From the NCBI GenBank assembly GCA_947444925.1, contig CANFBW010000012.1, forward strand, positions 4,281 to 68,280: a stretch of 64,000 bases of DNA. The letters are read 5' to 3'. The DNA is from Flavobacteriales bacterium. GTDB lineage: Bacteria > Bacteroidota > Bacteroidia > Flavobacteriales_C > GCA-002722245. Under the pieces are notes generated by a model. The model had not been told where the DNA came from. It worked only from the letters and a program-made list of their open reading frames with translations, and did no database searches. A program made the translations under genes and the position numbers. Positions 1 through 10,539 of the stretch are shown here, one piece after another (the stretch's first letter is position 1; every line of letters starts with the position of its first letter).

Positions 1-347
1 TCGTAGTAGCAAAAGGAATCACAAGATGGAAAAAATGAATGTAAAATCAAAATTAATTTTCACACAATTGTTTTGCTTTGACTTGAAAAATGAAAATCAA
101 TATGCAGTGGTTTTTATTTTTATATTTTACTGATTGTTAGTTGTTTACATAGTAATTGTGCAGTGTTTTGGCATTTGCTTGTCTATTGTTGAAAAAGAAA
201 TCCATGTACTTGATTGTATTTTTTTTTGTTTGCTGAATATGGTGTCGCAGTTCCTGTGATCGTTTTTTTTGTATGCAAGTAATTTGAAAAATGAAGCGAG
301 TATGGCACGGTTTAACTGTAGCTTCGTCAAAAATTAAAAATAAGCAT

Positions 348-1124
348 ATGGCAACAGCACTGATTACAGGAGCGTCAAGTGGTATAGGAATGGAGTTGGC
401 GCGCGTGCACGCAGCGACTGGAGGGGATTTGGTGTTGGTGGCTCGAAACAAGAGCAAGTTGGAGGAGCTTAAATTGGAATTCGAAACATCCTGCAGCGTG
501 AAAGTGCTTGTGATTGAAAAAGATTTGTCATTGCCCAATGCGGCGCTGGAAGTGTATAATGAATTGAATAGTAAAAATGTTAGCATTGACTATTTGATCA
601 ACAACGCTGGTTTTGGTGACTTTGGCTTTTTTGCCGAAAGTGATTGGTTGAAGAATGAGCAAATGATTCATTTGAATATCACAACACTCACTCAGTTTAC
701 CCAACTTTTTTTGCGCGATATGCTGAAAAGAGGAAGTGGTAAAATAATGAATGTTGCTTCCGTTGCCGCTTTTTTACCCGGTCCGCTGATGGCTGTTTAT
801 TTCGCTACAAAGGCCTATGTGTTGAGTTTTTCGGAGGCTGTTGACAATGAAGTTAGATCCAAGGGGGTCAGTATTACTGTTTTGTGCCCGGGCGCCACCG
901 AAAGTGCTTTTAAGGTCGCAGCCGCCGCTGAAAACAGCCGCCTATTTAAAGGCAGGAAATTAGCAAGTTCAAAGGAAGTTGCTATTTACGGTTACCGTGC
1001 TATGTTGCAAGGTAAAAGTGTTGCGATTCATGGCGTGATGAATTTTATTATGGCCAATTCAGTGCGCTTTACGCCGCGCAAATTAGTAACTAAATTAGTG
1101 CGAATGATGCAAAGTAAAGTGTAG
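348..1124 (+). CDS. Short-chain dehydrogenase/reductase (SDR)
   Basis: TGASSGIG Rossmann motif, NNAG and YFATK (YxxxK). The ATG at 348 (MATALITG) is preferred over the ORF-track start at 291. Confidence 0.9.
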   Translation: MATALITGASSGIGMELARVHAATGGDLVLVARNKSKLEELKLEFETSCSVKVLVIEKDLSLPNAALEVYNELNSKNVSIDYLINNAGFGDFGFFAESDWLKNEQMIHLNITTLTQFTQLFLRDMLKRGSGKIMNVASVAAFLPGPLMAVYFATKAYVLSFSEAVDNEVRSKGVSITVLCPGATESAFKVAAAAENSRLFKGRKLASSKEVAIYGYRAMLQGKSVAIHGVMNFIMANSVRFTPRKLVTKLVRMMQSKV

Positions 1125-1130
1125 GTTTCT

Positions 1131-4100
1131 TTAGCGTATCAGTGACACTTTTCCGACACGATTGTGCTTTTGCAATTTTCCGTTTGCATTGATGAATTTA
1201 AAGTTCACTACATAAACATACACGTCAATTTGCGCGAGATTTCCTTTTGCAGTTTTTCCATTCCAGCCCGATGACAGATCGTTCGATGAAAAAATTTGTT
1301 CGCCCCAGCGGTTGAAAATCAACATTTCGTATTGGTCAATATTAGCAGCTTTTGGCAAGAAAATGTCATTTTTATTATCGTCGTTGGGAGTAAATGAATT
1401 TGGTAAATAAAATATAAAAGGGCAATCGTCACTTAGCGCAATAGTGTCATTTGTACTGCATTTTCCTTCGCTAACTTTTACCCAGTAATTGCCTGCTTGT
1501 GTTGCAGTGAAAGTTGGTGAAGTGCTTTGGTCTTGCCACATATACGATCGGTTGATTGATCCGCCGTTCAAGGTGATTTTATCGTTTTCGCAAAGTAGAG
1601 TGTCTTCTCCTAAATTGATTTCGGGTGGGGTGAGTACAGTAATTTTCACACTTTGTGTATCGTTGTCACAAGTGCCGTTGGTTATAGACCAGTGCATTAC
1701 AATAGTGCTTCCGGCACTTAAGTTTGAAATTGTGGCGTTTGGTGCTAAAACATCACTAATATTTGCATTGCCCGACACGAGTGTCCATGAGCCAGTGCCT
1801 ATTAAAGGAGTGCTGGCCGTCATGGTATCAGTGCTTTTACAAGTGCTGTGGTCAACGCCTGCTAAAGCCATCGATGGTTTACGGTCAATTACAATGTTGA
1901 CACTTGATGTTGTTGCAGTGCATAAGGCTTTGGATATGGTCCATACAAAAGTATTGGTGTCGGGAGACAGTTGGCTAACGGTCGATTTTGGATCAAATGG
2001 ATTGCTAATTATTGCAGCACCTTTTGTCACCGACCATTTACCTGTTCCGCTCGATGCAGCGTCAGCATCAAGCACAGAGTTGTTCAAGCACAGTTGTTGA
2101 TTGTTGCCTGCAACAGCTAAGGATGGACCACTGGTGCTTGTAATGTTGATTTGACTTTTTGAATCGGTACAAGTGCCATTGGAAATCGTCCATTCGAAAG
2201 TATTTGTGCCTAAGGTAAGGCCATCGACTTTCGCGTCAGCTGCTGTATCATCGCTGAAAATTCCTGAGCCTGCAACAACAGTCCATTTTCCTTTTCCAAT
2301 GATTGGTGTGTTTGCAGCTAAAGTATCTTTGTTGCCACATTTATTGTGATCGGCTCCAGCTATCGCCAACGAAGGGTTGTCATCGCGCACAATTTGCACA
2401 CTGTCTCTTGATACGGCGCAATCCCCTTTAGAAACAGTCCATACAAAAATATTGGTATCGATCGATAGATTGCTTACTGCTGTTTTTGGATCGAGTGAAT
2501 CGGCGATAGCGGCGAGTCCTGACGTGAAAGTCCATTTGCCTGTTCCTGAAATGGGAGTTGTTGCGTTGAGCAATGTGCTGTTGGAACACAATGTTTGCGC
2601 AGTGCCAGCTACGGCAGGAGAAATAGGATTGTCTTTTGTGATGGTAACCGAAGCCGACGCAAGCGGACATGCGCCATTAATGATTGACCATACAAAGGTG
2701 TTTGCGCCAATGGAGAGTGCACTCACGTTGGCTTTTGGGGCAGTGATGTTGTCAAAAATTGCGCTGCCCGCTGCGATGGTCCAAATGCCGGTTCCTGCTG
2801 TGGGGGTGTTGCCCTGTAGCGTGAAATTGCTTCCGCAAATGGTACTGTCGTTGCCTGCTTTGGCAATGACTAATTCGTCAACTAAAACACTGTCGACCTG
2901 ACCGATTTTTGAAAGTTGCGCGGTGTCGTTGACACACGCAGGGTCTGGTGCATTGATCATTACTGTACGGTAATAGTTCCATCCTTTGGTGGATGGGGTG
3001 ATGTTTACATTGTTGTCATTGTGAAAATTGCTAGGTCCAACGCGTTGTATTGTTGTCCAATTAATTTTATTGGTAGATTGTTGAAAGTCGACAATAGTGT
3101 CGCTGGTCATGATAATGAATTTTGAGGTAGAAGCACTAATGCTATTGCCCATGCATATGCGATTGCTGCTGAGTTTTATGTTTCCAACTGTGTCGCAACC
3201 GCAACTCGATACAGTGACCATGTCTTGCTCGCTCACATCGGCAGTGTCGTTACCGGGATGACAAATTAGATAGGGCTGTTTGAGGTATTCATTGAGCATT
3301 ACCACGCGGTAGTAAAATTTCCCCGTGCTGGTAGGGGTAACATTAACCGTAAGGGAGTCTTCTCCCGAGCGCACATTGTAAAGCTTGCTCCAGTTGATGC
3401 CGTCAGTGGAAACCTGGTATTCCATGGTAGTGTCTTTGTCGCACACTTTAAAGTTATGGTAATTCAGTTTGAAAGATTCGCCAATGCATATGCTGTGTTT
3501 GTCGGCAGTAACGGGACCGGTAGAGTCGGGGCCGAGCAAAGTGCAGGTAACCACGGTATCTTTAGGTAATTGCCAGCAAGTGCCATCGGTAAATTTCACT
3601 GTGCGCACAGGGTCACCAGGAGGATTGTACATCATATAATGTCGGTACCAAGTGTCGCAGGAATCTTTTTGAAAGATTCCGTAGCTGGTGATATTGGCAT
3701 GTATTGCTGCGCCTACATAAACGCCGCAACTGTCGAAGGTGTGCATCCAATGATAGGCGAAGGCGTAGCCATTGGGTGACCAGTTGCAGGAACCGCGGTA
3801 ATTATTGAAAGCTGCAATGGCGCCTTGTGGATCAGTGATGGCTTGTAGAGGAACAATTTCTCCGCCCATTGGTTTGGTGCTTCCTGTTCCTGCAGCAATG
3901 GGGTAATTGGGGTAGTTCAAACCCAGGTCGGCATAGTTGGCTGCTGAACCTGCGAAGTTGGTGCCACTCCAAATGGTAGAAGCTGACCACGGCAAGTAAT
4001 CGATCCAGACGCCAGCGACTGGATTGCCGCCAAAATAGGTGTCGTGCGTGCCACCAGCATCACCTGTTCGGCACATGTGTCGCCATGCGTAGGAGGTGCA

Positions 4101-6011
4101 GTAGTTTCCGTTGCTGGTGTTAGCGCCATTGACTTCGCCGTCAACATCATACCAATACTGTCTTCCAGCTTCTCCTTCCGTGATATAGAGAAGGGCGCCA
4201 AGATCTCGTAAATTGTCGTCGTGAATGGTTTCTCCCCAAAGGAAAACGCCAGAGGCAAATTGCATGGCTTCAGATATGGATTCTTGTCCACCTCCATTAG
4301 CGCCAGCATGCGAAAATCCTGCGTAGGGGTCGAAATATTTGAGGTAGGGAAACCAAGGGCGCACGGCGCCATTGCTCCCTGGGTCAGTCATGTCCTTGCT
4401 ATAATTATTGATGGATCGGATCATGGTTTCAACCATTCCTTTGTATTGCGTTACGAAAGTGGCGTCGTAGCGTGCAAGTATGGCTGCCGCCATAATAAAA
4501 TACCCAACGTGAAAGTGGCCGTCAACCATTGTTCCTGAAGAACCGAAGCCATTGGGATAGTGTGACATATGGTTGAATAGTGGGCTGTAGGCGAAGTACC
4601 TGTTGAAGCCAGTTTCTCCTGTGGGTGCAGTAAGCCAATCAATGAGGCGACTTTTTAATTCGGCAAGCATTTTATTTTTTGCTGTGAAATCATCAATTTG
4701 TTCTGCCAGTTGAATATGTGTCACGAGATCTCCAAATTGATCTTTGGCATAACCATCTGCTGCAGTGGGCATTGGATTAATTCCTGCAGCAAAATTATCA
4801 ATAAAGGTTTTGAGTTGCGCTCTGCTGCCATTGTTCGCCCAACCGAGATTGGGTAATATTCCCTGGTTGTCCATTACTGTGGTGAAGGTGTTGGTGGCGA
4901 GCATTTTCATTCTGCCTCGGGGAGAAAAATATACTAAGTTGGTGTTGGCAGTGCTGCTGGCTTCTGGACTATAGAGCCATTGGTGTCTATACAATACTTG
5001 CAGTGTTCCGTTGTTGTTTCCGCCATAAACATTGCTGGTGGTGGTGGCGAAGCTTGTGGTTAGTTTTGCTTGTGTTTCGTCGTACGAATAAGTGTGGTTG
5101 GTGGCGGTGATAAAGTTGAAGGCGTGTTGCGCAAAAAGCGTGAGCGACGCTAGTGTTTTATCAGGCATCACGGCAACAGATAGGTAGTTGTTGCCATTGG
5201 GTATGTCAATGGTGAAGTTGTTGGATACGGTTCCGCCAACAGCAGGTAATGAGGCGAAAGGGGTGCCGTTAATTAAGCAACCTTTTGGCAAAAATATCGC
5301 CATGGTTTGATCGGTTAATGGGTCGCCTTGTGGACTTGAAGTATACATTAAAGCATCAACGGTACCATCGGAATATTTGGCATTAATTCTCGCTGGTCCT
5401 CCAGGGTAGCTAACGGTGAAATCAGTGTTGCCTTGTCTTTGCAAAAACAAGTAGGGGCAACCCTTTGATGCTGTGGCGGTCAAAACATCACCATTCCATG
5501 CTTGTCTAAATACTGCATGCCAATCACCATATCCATCTACAGATGTTTCAGTAGCAGCTTGTCCGGTGAATCCAATGCGCATACCGGGGTTCCATGGGCC
5601 ATTAAGAATGTCATTGGCGCCACTGGTTTGATTGGCGTTGCTTCTATATAAAAGGTCGTAGCCATAGCTTTTTGCTGTAATGAGCAAGGGATCAGCAGTC
5701 ATCATTTTTGAATGCTTGTCACCTCTGTAGGTTATTTCGCCGTCGGTTCCATCACCTCTATTTACATTCCAAAGGGCGGAAGTCCACCACTGATGTGATT
5801 GAAAAGGTCCAACATAATTTGGGCCTTTGGTAATAAAGCTAGCTCCAGCAATGCCGCCACCAATTTCGTCAAAAGTATTTCCGCCTTGGTAGTCGTCAGG
5901 TGGAAGAGTTAAGTTGTAGGAGCCCAAACCACTTTGAAACACTTCTTGAGCGACAATTGTATTAAAAATAGCCAGTATTAGTAAAAGTGTACTTGTTAAT
6001 TTGGTTCTCAT
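1131..6011 (-). CDS. GH81-like endo-beta-1,3-glucanase with Ig-like repeats and a T9SS type B (gliding motility-associated) C-terminal domain
   Basis: Signal peptide; DGHFHVGYFIMAAAILARYD and QESISEAMQF match GH81 motifs; C-terminal FYLPNSFTPNDDNKNDIF...IFNRWGE...GKVSLIR. Confidence 0.8.
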   Translation of the reverse strand: MRTKLTSTLLLILAIFNTIVAQEVFQSGLGSYNLTLPPDDYQGGNTFDEIGGGIAGASFITKGPNYVGPFQSHQWWTSALWNVNRGDGTDGEITYRGDKHSKMMTADPLLITAKSYGYDLLYRSNANQTSGANDILNGPWNPGMRIGFTGQAATETSVDGYGDWHAVFRQAWNGDVLTATASKGCPYLFLQRQGNTDFTVSYPGGPARINAKYSDGTVDALMYTSSPQGDPLTDQTMAIFLPKGCLINGTPFASLPAVGGTVSNNFTIDIPNGNNYLSVAVMPDKTLASLTLFAQHAFNFITATNHTYSYDETQAKLTTSFATTTSNVYGGNNNGTLQVLYRHQWLYSPEASSTANTNLVYFSPRGRMKMLATNTFTTVMDNQGILPNLGWANNGSRAQLKTFIDNFAAGINPMPTAADGYAKDQFGDLVTHIQLAEQIDDFTAKNKMLAELKSRLIDWLTAPTGETGFNRYFAYSPLFNHMSHYPNGFGSSGTMVDGHFHVGYFIMAAAILARYDATFVTQYKGMVETMIRSINNYSKDMTDPGSNGAVRPWFPYLKYFDPYAGFSHAGANGGGQESISEAMQFASGVFLWGETIHDDNLRDLGALLYITEGEAGRQYWYDVDGEVNGANTSNGNYCTSYAWRHMCRTGDAGGTHDTYFGGNPVAGVWIDYLPWSASTIWSGTNFAGSAANYADLGLNYPNYPIAAGTGSTKPMGGEIVPLQAITDPQGAIAAFNNYRGSCNWSPNGYAFAYHWMHTFDSCGVYVGAAIHANITSYGIFQKDSCDTWYRHYMMYNPPGDPVRTVKFTDGTCWQLPKDTVVTCTLLGPDSTGPVTADKHSICIGESFKLNYHNFKVCDKDTTMEYQVSTDGINWSKLYNVRSGEDSLTVNVTPTSTGKFYYRVVMLNEYLKQPYLICHPGNDTADVSEQDMVTVSSCGCDTVGNIKLSSNRICMGNSISASTSKFIIMTSDTIVDFQQSTNKINWTTIQRVGPSNFHNDNNVNITPSTKGWNYYRTVMINAPDPACVNDTAQLSKIGQVDSVLVDELVIAKAGNDSTICGSNFTLQGNTPTAGTGIWTIAAGSAIFDNITAPKANVSALSIGANTFVWSIINGACPLASASVTITKDNPISPAVAGTAQTLCSNSTLLNATTPISGTGKWTFTSGLAAIADSLDPKTAVSNLSIDTNIFVWTVSKGDCAVSRDSVQIVRDDNPSLAIAGADHNKCGNKDTLAANTPIIGKGKWTVVAGSGIFSDDTAADAKVDGLTLGTNTFEWTISNGTCTDSKSQINITSTSGPSLAVAGNNQQLCLNNSVLDADAASSGTGKWSVTKGAAIISNPFDPKSTVSQLSPDTNTFVWTISKALCTATTSSVNIVIDRKPSMALAGVDHSTCKSTDTMTASTPLIGTGSWTLVSGNANISDVLAPNATISNLSAGSTIVMHWSITNGTCDNDTQSVKITVLTPPEINLGEDTLLCENDKITLNGGSINRSYMWQDQSTSPTFTATQAGNYWVKVSEGKCSTNDTIALSDDCPFIFYLPNSFTPNDDNKNDIFLPKAANIDQYEMLIFNRWGEQIFSSNDLSSGWNGKTAKGNLAQIDVYVYVVNFKFINANGKLQKHNRVGKVSLIR
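1637..2870 (-). repeat. Five tandem repeats of about 82 aa (Ig/PKD-like) inside the GH81 gene
   Basis: Recurring AxAGxxxxxC...GxGxW...F.W.IS.G.C units starting AKAGNDSTIC, AVAGTAQTLC, AIAGADHNKC, AVAGNNQQLC, ALAGVDHSTC. Boundaries are approximate. Confidence 0.75.
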
Positions 6012-6328
6012 CTAAGTCATTAATGTGGCACATTTGTTAAGCGCCGATTATCTAAACTTACCGTTGAGAGTAAAACAACTAAAAAAAACAGAAAGTTACT
6101 ATTTAAGTTGAAGCTTCGGAAACATGATTTTGCATTTAGCACACAATTTTCAGCTAACCTCATTACTTTAAATGCTTATGAATATTGATGTGTATTTAAT
6201 CGTGTATATAATTAATTGCTGTTAGGTCGCAATAAATAGTACGCTGAAGTCAAATAAAAAAAATAGATACTGTGCAAAAATTAAGTTTATGTGCTTCGAA
6301 CGCATTGTGTACGTGACGTAATTTATTG

Positions 6329-7321
6329 TTAGCGCATCTCTTTAATGTAATCGGGAAATGTTTTTTCTAGGTATGCTTTCTTTTCAAAGTAACTCAAAAG
6401 TGCTGCTAAATGTTTTTCGGTCAGATATTGTTTGATGGGTGCCAAGACCAATGCGTCTTCGTTAATGATGACCACGCTTGGGAATCCAATTTGATTTTGA
6501 AGCAGTCCATAAGCAATTTGGTGAATGCCTTTTCCGGGTGTAGGATTAATGAAGATATTGTTTTGAAAGCGAATAGTGTCACCCGTTAAAACGTCTATTT
6601 CTACGCAGTAGTAGTTGTTTAAAGCGTTGATGACTTCGGCTGATTCAAAAGAAGATCCACTCATAACGCGATCGCTGACAAAGGCATTGTTTTTCAAATG
6701 AACAAAAATCTTTTTTGGATTTTTCTTTTGAAAGACTACCGCTTCGTCTAGGGATATCCAATGAATTTTTGTGGAGTCGTTTCTTTTGCCTTCAAAAGCT
6801 TTTTTGAAATCGTTGTTGAAATCATTGATGTTGCTATTTAGGTGGAGTTGTTCAGCGTGGTAGATCAAAAAAGGAAGGGTTTGATTTACATCTAAATAAC
6901 CCGGAACTACTAGTGATGGCTGACTTTCGTTGTTGAGGTAAATGGTGGTGGGGTAGGATAGTTTTTCACCCATTAATACTGTGGCGAGTTCATGTGTAGA
7001 TCGCGTTGCGTTTGGATTTCTATTGCGGTAAGTTTTACCTTGAAATAAAATACTGTCTCTACTTTCCGCATTGAATTTAATGGCGTAAAAATTTCTTGAA
7101 ATGTAGCCGATAATATTTGGGTCGGCATAGGTAGTGGCATCGAGTCTTTTGCACCAACCGCACCAATCTGTGTATACGTCAATAATGACAGGGCGCTTTT
7201 CTTTTTTTTGCAAGACTTCCATTTGTTCAAAACTCAGCCAGTTGATCTTGTTTTGTGCAACGCTGTATTTTATTGTTGTTAAGCAGAACAACAGAAGCAG
7301 AAGGGGTGTTGTTTTTTTCAC
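6329..7321 (-). CDS. Exported tandem thioredoxin-fold protein
   Basis: Signal peptide and WCGWC (CxxC) in domain 1. A second homologous domain (KIHWISLDEA...) lacks CxxC. Confidence 0.75.
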   Translation of the reverse strand: MKKTTPLLLLLFCLTTIKYSVAQNKINWLSFEQMEVLQKKEKRPVIIDVYTDWCGWCKRLDATTYADPNIIGYISRNFYAIKFNAESRDSILFQGKTYRNRNPNATRSTHELATVLMGEKLSYPTTIYLNNESQPSLVVPGYLDVNQTLPFLIYHAEQLHLNSNINDFNNDFKKAFEGKRNDSTKIHWISLDEAVVFQKKNPKKIFVHLKNNAFVSDRVMSGSSFESAEVINALNNYYCVEIDVLTGDTIRFQNNIFINPTPGKGIHQIAYGLLQNQIGFPSVVIINEDALVLAPIKQYLTEKHLAALLSYFEKKAYLEKTFPDYIKEMR

Positions 7322-7638
7322 TTTGAATGTATTGGTATTTAAATGTAAGAAAAAGTTCTAAAATATTGAAGGTTTGATTGCTGCAGGTGATTTACCGTAA
7401 TTTAAATCTACGATTTAGGCTTACCTAAATAAATTATTTAAAATCCTTTGTTTTGTATTTAATTAATTATAAATTTGGATTAATCATAACTGTAATTTAT
7501 TTGTTTTAAAGTTGTAAAAATACAGTTTACAAATATTTAATTTTAAAAACAGGTGTTTAAATATTTTTGTTTTAATAATTAAAATTTAGTGAAGGCAATT
7601 GCAAGTTTTGAGACGTTGAATTTGATTTATATAGAAAT

Positions 7639-10146
7639 ATGAAAAAAGTTAAAATTGTAGTTATTGGAAATGGAATGGTGGGCTATAAGTTTTGCGAAAA
7701 GCTGATGAGCAAAGCGAGTGCCGATCAATTTGAAGTGGTGGTATTTGGCGAAGAGGTCCGACCAGCCTACGATAGAGTTCATCTTAGTGAATTCTTCGCT
7801 GGAAAAACTGCCGATGATCTTTCGATGGCAGGAGTAGACTGGTACTTAAATCAAGGTATCAAGTTGCATTTGGGTGATCCAGTGCAACAAATTGACCGCA
7901 GCAATAAAACAATACATTCTTACAAAGGTATTACTGAGTCATATGATTATATTGTTTTGGCGACAGGTTCGGCGGCTTTTGTACCAGCCATACCTGGTGT
8001 TGAAAAAAATGGTGTTTTCGTATACCGTACGATTGAAGATTTAGAAATGATTCGCGCGTATGCGCCTCGTGCAAAAAAAGGAGCTGTTATTGGAGGTGGA
8101 TTATTGGGATTGGAAGCCGCGAAAGCGATGCTTGACTTGGGTATAACAGACACCCATGTGATTGAGTTTGCACCTCGTTTGATGCCGCGACAAATTGATG
8201 AGGTTGGCTCAAAATTGTTGCAAGGTAAATTAGAGGCTTTAGGTCTTACTATTTTAACCAATACCAATACATTGGAAATCGCAGGTGAAGAGGCTATCAC
8301 TAAAATGAAATTTGCCAATGACACCAGTATTGATGTGGATATGTTGGTGATTTCAGCGGGTATTAAGCCTCGAGATGAAATTGCTAAGCTGTGCGGACTT
8401 GAAGTGGGACAACGCGGTGGAATTCAAGTGAATGAACAATTAGAAACAACTGATCCCTTTATTTTTGCCATTGGAGAATGTGCTTTGTATAAAGGAATGA
8501 TCTATGGTTTAATTGCTCCAGGTTATGAAATGGCAGAGGTTGTTGCTGCAAATTTATGTGGAGGCAAAAAAGAGTTTACTGGCTTTGACATGAGTACAAA
8601 GTTGAAGTTAATAGGCATTGATGTTGCAAGTTTTGGTGATCCATTTTCTCCGGCTTCTGAAGCGCGCGTTATTGTTTATGAAGACACAAACAAAGGAATC
8701 TACAAGCGCGTCAATATTTCTAAAGATGGCAAAGAATTACTGGGTGGGATATTGATTGGTGATGCAGAACAATACAACATGTTGCTGCAAACGTGCAAAA
8801 ATAAAATTGTGCTAGCAGCGAATCCTGAAGACTTGATTTTGGGATCACGCGGTGGCGAAAGTGAGGGAGGAGCTGGTGTTACAGGTTTGCCTGATGATGC
8901 CATGATTTGTAGTTGCGAAAGCGTATCGAAAGGAGATATCTGCAATGCAGTGATTGATGGCGCTGAAACAGTGGATAAAATAAAATCTTGTACCAAAGCT
9001 GGAACGGGTTGTGGCGGTTGCGTGCCAATGGTGAAAGACCTAATGGTGCACACCATGAAGGCACAAGGGAAGTATGTGCGCAATGTGGTGTGTGAGCATT
9101 TTGCTTACAGCCGACAAGAAATTTACGACTTAACGAAAATTGACAAACTGCAAACCTACAATGAGGTTTTAAACAAGCATGGAAAAGGAGATGGTTGCGA
9201 AATTTGCAAGCCAGTGGTTTCTTCTATTCTGGCGAGTTTGTGGAATGGAATGATTCTTCAAAAAGGAAACGATGTTGCGCAAGATTCTAACGATAGATTT
9301 TTAGCGAACATTCAAAAAGGAGGTACCTATTCTGTAGTGCCTCGAATACCAGGTGGTGAAATTACGCCTGATAAATTAATTGTTTTGGGGCAAGTTGCAA
9401 AGCAGTATAATTTATATACAAAGATCACTGGCGGACAACGAATTGATTTGTTTGGTGCGCACGTAAGTGATTTACCTGCGATATGGAAATTATTGGTTGA
9501 TGCTGGTTTTGAAACCGGACAAGCATACGGGAAATCGTTGCGTACTGTAAAAAGTTGCGTGGGTTCAACCTGGTGTCGCTTTGGATTGCACGACAGTGTT
9601 AGTTTTGCTATTGAAATAGAAGAAAGATATAGAGGTTTGAGATCTCCGCACAAATTGAAATCAGGTGTTTCAGGTTGTATTCGCGAATGTGCTGAAGCGC
9701 AATCAAAGGACTTTGGAATTATTGCTACCGAAAAAGGTTGGAACCTTTATGTGTGTGGCAACGGTGGATCAAAACCGCAACATGCACATTTAATTGCCAC
9801 AGATATCGACAGTGCGACACTCATTAAATATTTGGATCGCTTCCTTGTTTTTTACATCAAAACAGCCGATCCTTTAACGCGAACGGCTACGTGGTTGAAT
9901 AAAATGGAAGGCGGGATTGAGTACTTGAAAAACGTGGTGGTGAACGATAGTTTAGGTATCGCTGCTGAGTTGGAAAAAGAAATGCAAGCCTTGGTTGATG
10001 CCTATAAATGCGAGTGGAAGGAAGTGGTAGAGAGTCCTGAACTGCAAAAGAGATTCAATCATTTCGTCAACGCCCCGCAAGAAAATGATCCGAGTATTCA
10101 ATTCGTTGAAATGCGCGATCAGAAAAAAGTGGCCGATTGGAAATAG
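7639..10146 (+). CDS. nirB: Assimilatory NAD(P)H nitrite reductase, large subunit
   Basis: GNGMVG FAD motif, GGGLLGLE, BFD-like CSC...CGGC, siroheme/4Fe-4S CVGSTWC...GCIREC. Confidence 0.95.
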   Translation: MKKVKIVVIGNGMVGYKFCEKLMSKASADQFEVVVFGEEVRPAYDRVHLSEFFAGKTADDLSMAGVDWYLNQGIKLHLGDPVQQIDRSNKTIHSYKGITESYDYIVLATGSAAFVPAIPGVEKNGVFVYRTIEDLEMIRAYAPRAKKGAVIGGGLLGLEAAKAMLDLGITDTHVIEFAPRLMPRQIDEVGSKLLQGKLEALGLTILTNTNTLEIAGEEAITKMKFANDTSIDVDMLVISAGIKPRDEIAKLCGLEVGQRGGIQVNEQLETTDPFIFAIGECALYKGMIYGLIAPGYEMAEVVAANLCGGKKEFTGFDMSTKLKLIGIDVASFGDPFSPASEARVIVYEDTNKGIYKRVNISKDGKELLGGILIGDAEQYNMLLQTCKNKIVLAANPEDLILGSRGGESEGGAGVTGLPDDAMICSCESVSKGDICNAVIDGAETVDKIKSCTKAGTGCGGCVPMVKDLMVHTMKAQGKYVRNVVCEHFAYSRQEIYDLTKIDKLQTYNEVLNKHGKGDGCEICKPVVSSILASLWNGMILQKGNDVAQDSNDRFLANIQKGGTYSVVPRIPGGEITPDKLIVLGQVAKQYNLYTKITGGQRIDLFGAHVSDLPAIWKLLVDAGFETGQAYGKSLRTVKSCVGSTWCRFGLHDSVSFAIEIEERYRGLRSPHKLKSGVSGCIRECAEAQSKDFGIIATEKGWNLYVCGNGGSKPQHAHLIATDIDSATLIKYLDRFLVFYIKTADPLTRTATWLNKMEGGIEYLKNVVVNDSLGIAAELEKEMQALVDAYKCEWKEVVESPELQKRFNHFVNAPQENDPSIQFVEMRDQKKVADWK

Positions 10147-10186
10147 CATCGCTTAAAAAAAAGAGTTTCTAACAAAAAGAATAAAT

Positions 10187-10537
10187 ATGTCTGAATTAAA
10201 ATCTACAAAAGTGAATTGGTTTTATGCTTGTGAAACCATTGATGTTCCAGAGGATGGCGGTGTTTGCGTAAAGCATGGAACAGATCAAATTGCGCTTTTT
10301 AATTTCACACGTCGCGGTGAGTGGTATGCCACTTCAAATATGTGTCCGCACCGCCAGCAAATGGCGATCAGCAGGGGAATGATAGGCAGTGTTGAAGACG
10401 AGCCAAAAGTAGCTTGTCCCTTTCATAAAAAAACATTTTCATTGAAGTCGGGTGCTTGCTTGAGTGGCGACGATTATCAGCTGAAAACATATCCGGTTAA
10501 AATAGAAGATGGAAAAGTGTACATAGATGTAAAGTAA
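10187..10537 (+). CDS. nirD: Nitrite reductase small (Rieske) subunit
   Basis: CPH...CPFHK Rieske motifs; directly follows nirB. Confidence 0.93.
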   Translation: MSELKSTKVNWFYACETIDVPEDGGVCVKHGTDQIALFNFTRRGEWYATSNMCPHRQQMAISRGMIGSVEDEPKVACPFHKKTFSLKSGACLSGDDYQLKTYPVKIEDGKVYIDVK

Positions 10538-10539
10538 TT

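Noticed and set aside
1489-2901. Long plus-strand ORFs 1489-2100 and 2377-2901, and similar antisense ORFs elsewhere
   Set aside because: They are shadow frames of well-supported genes and carry no motifs of their own.
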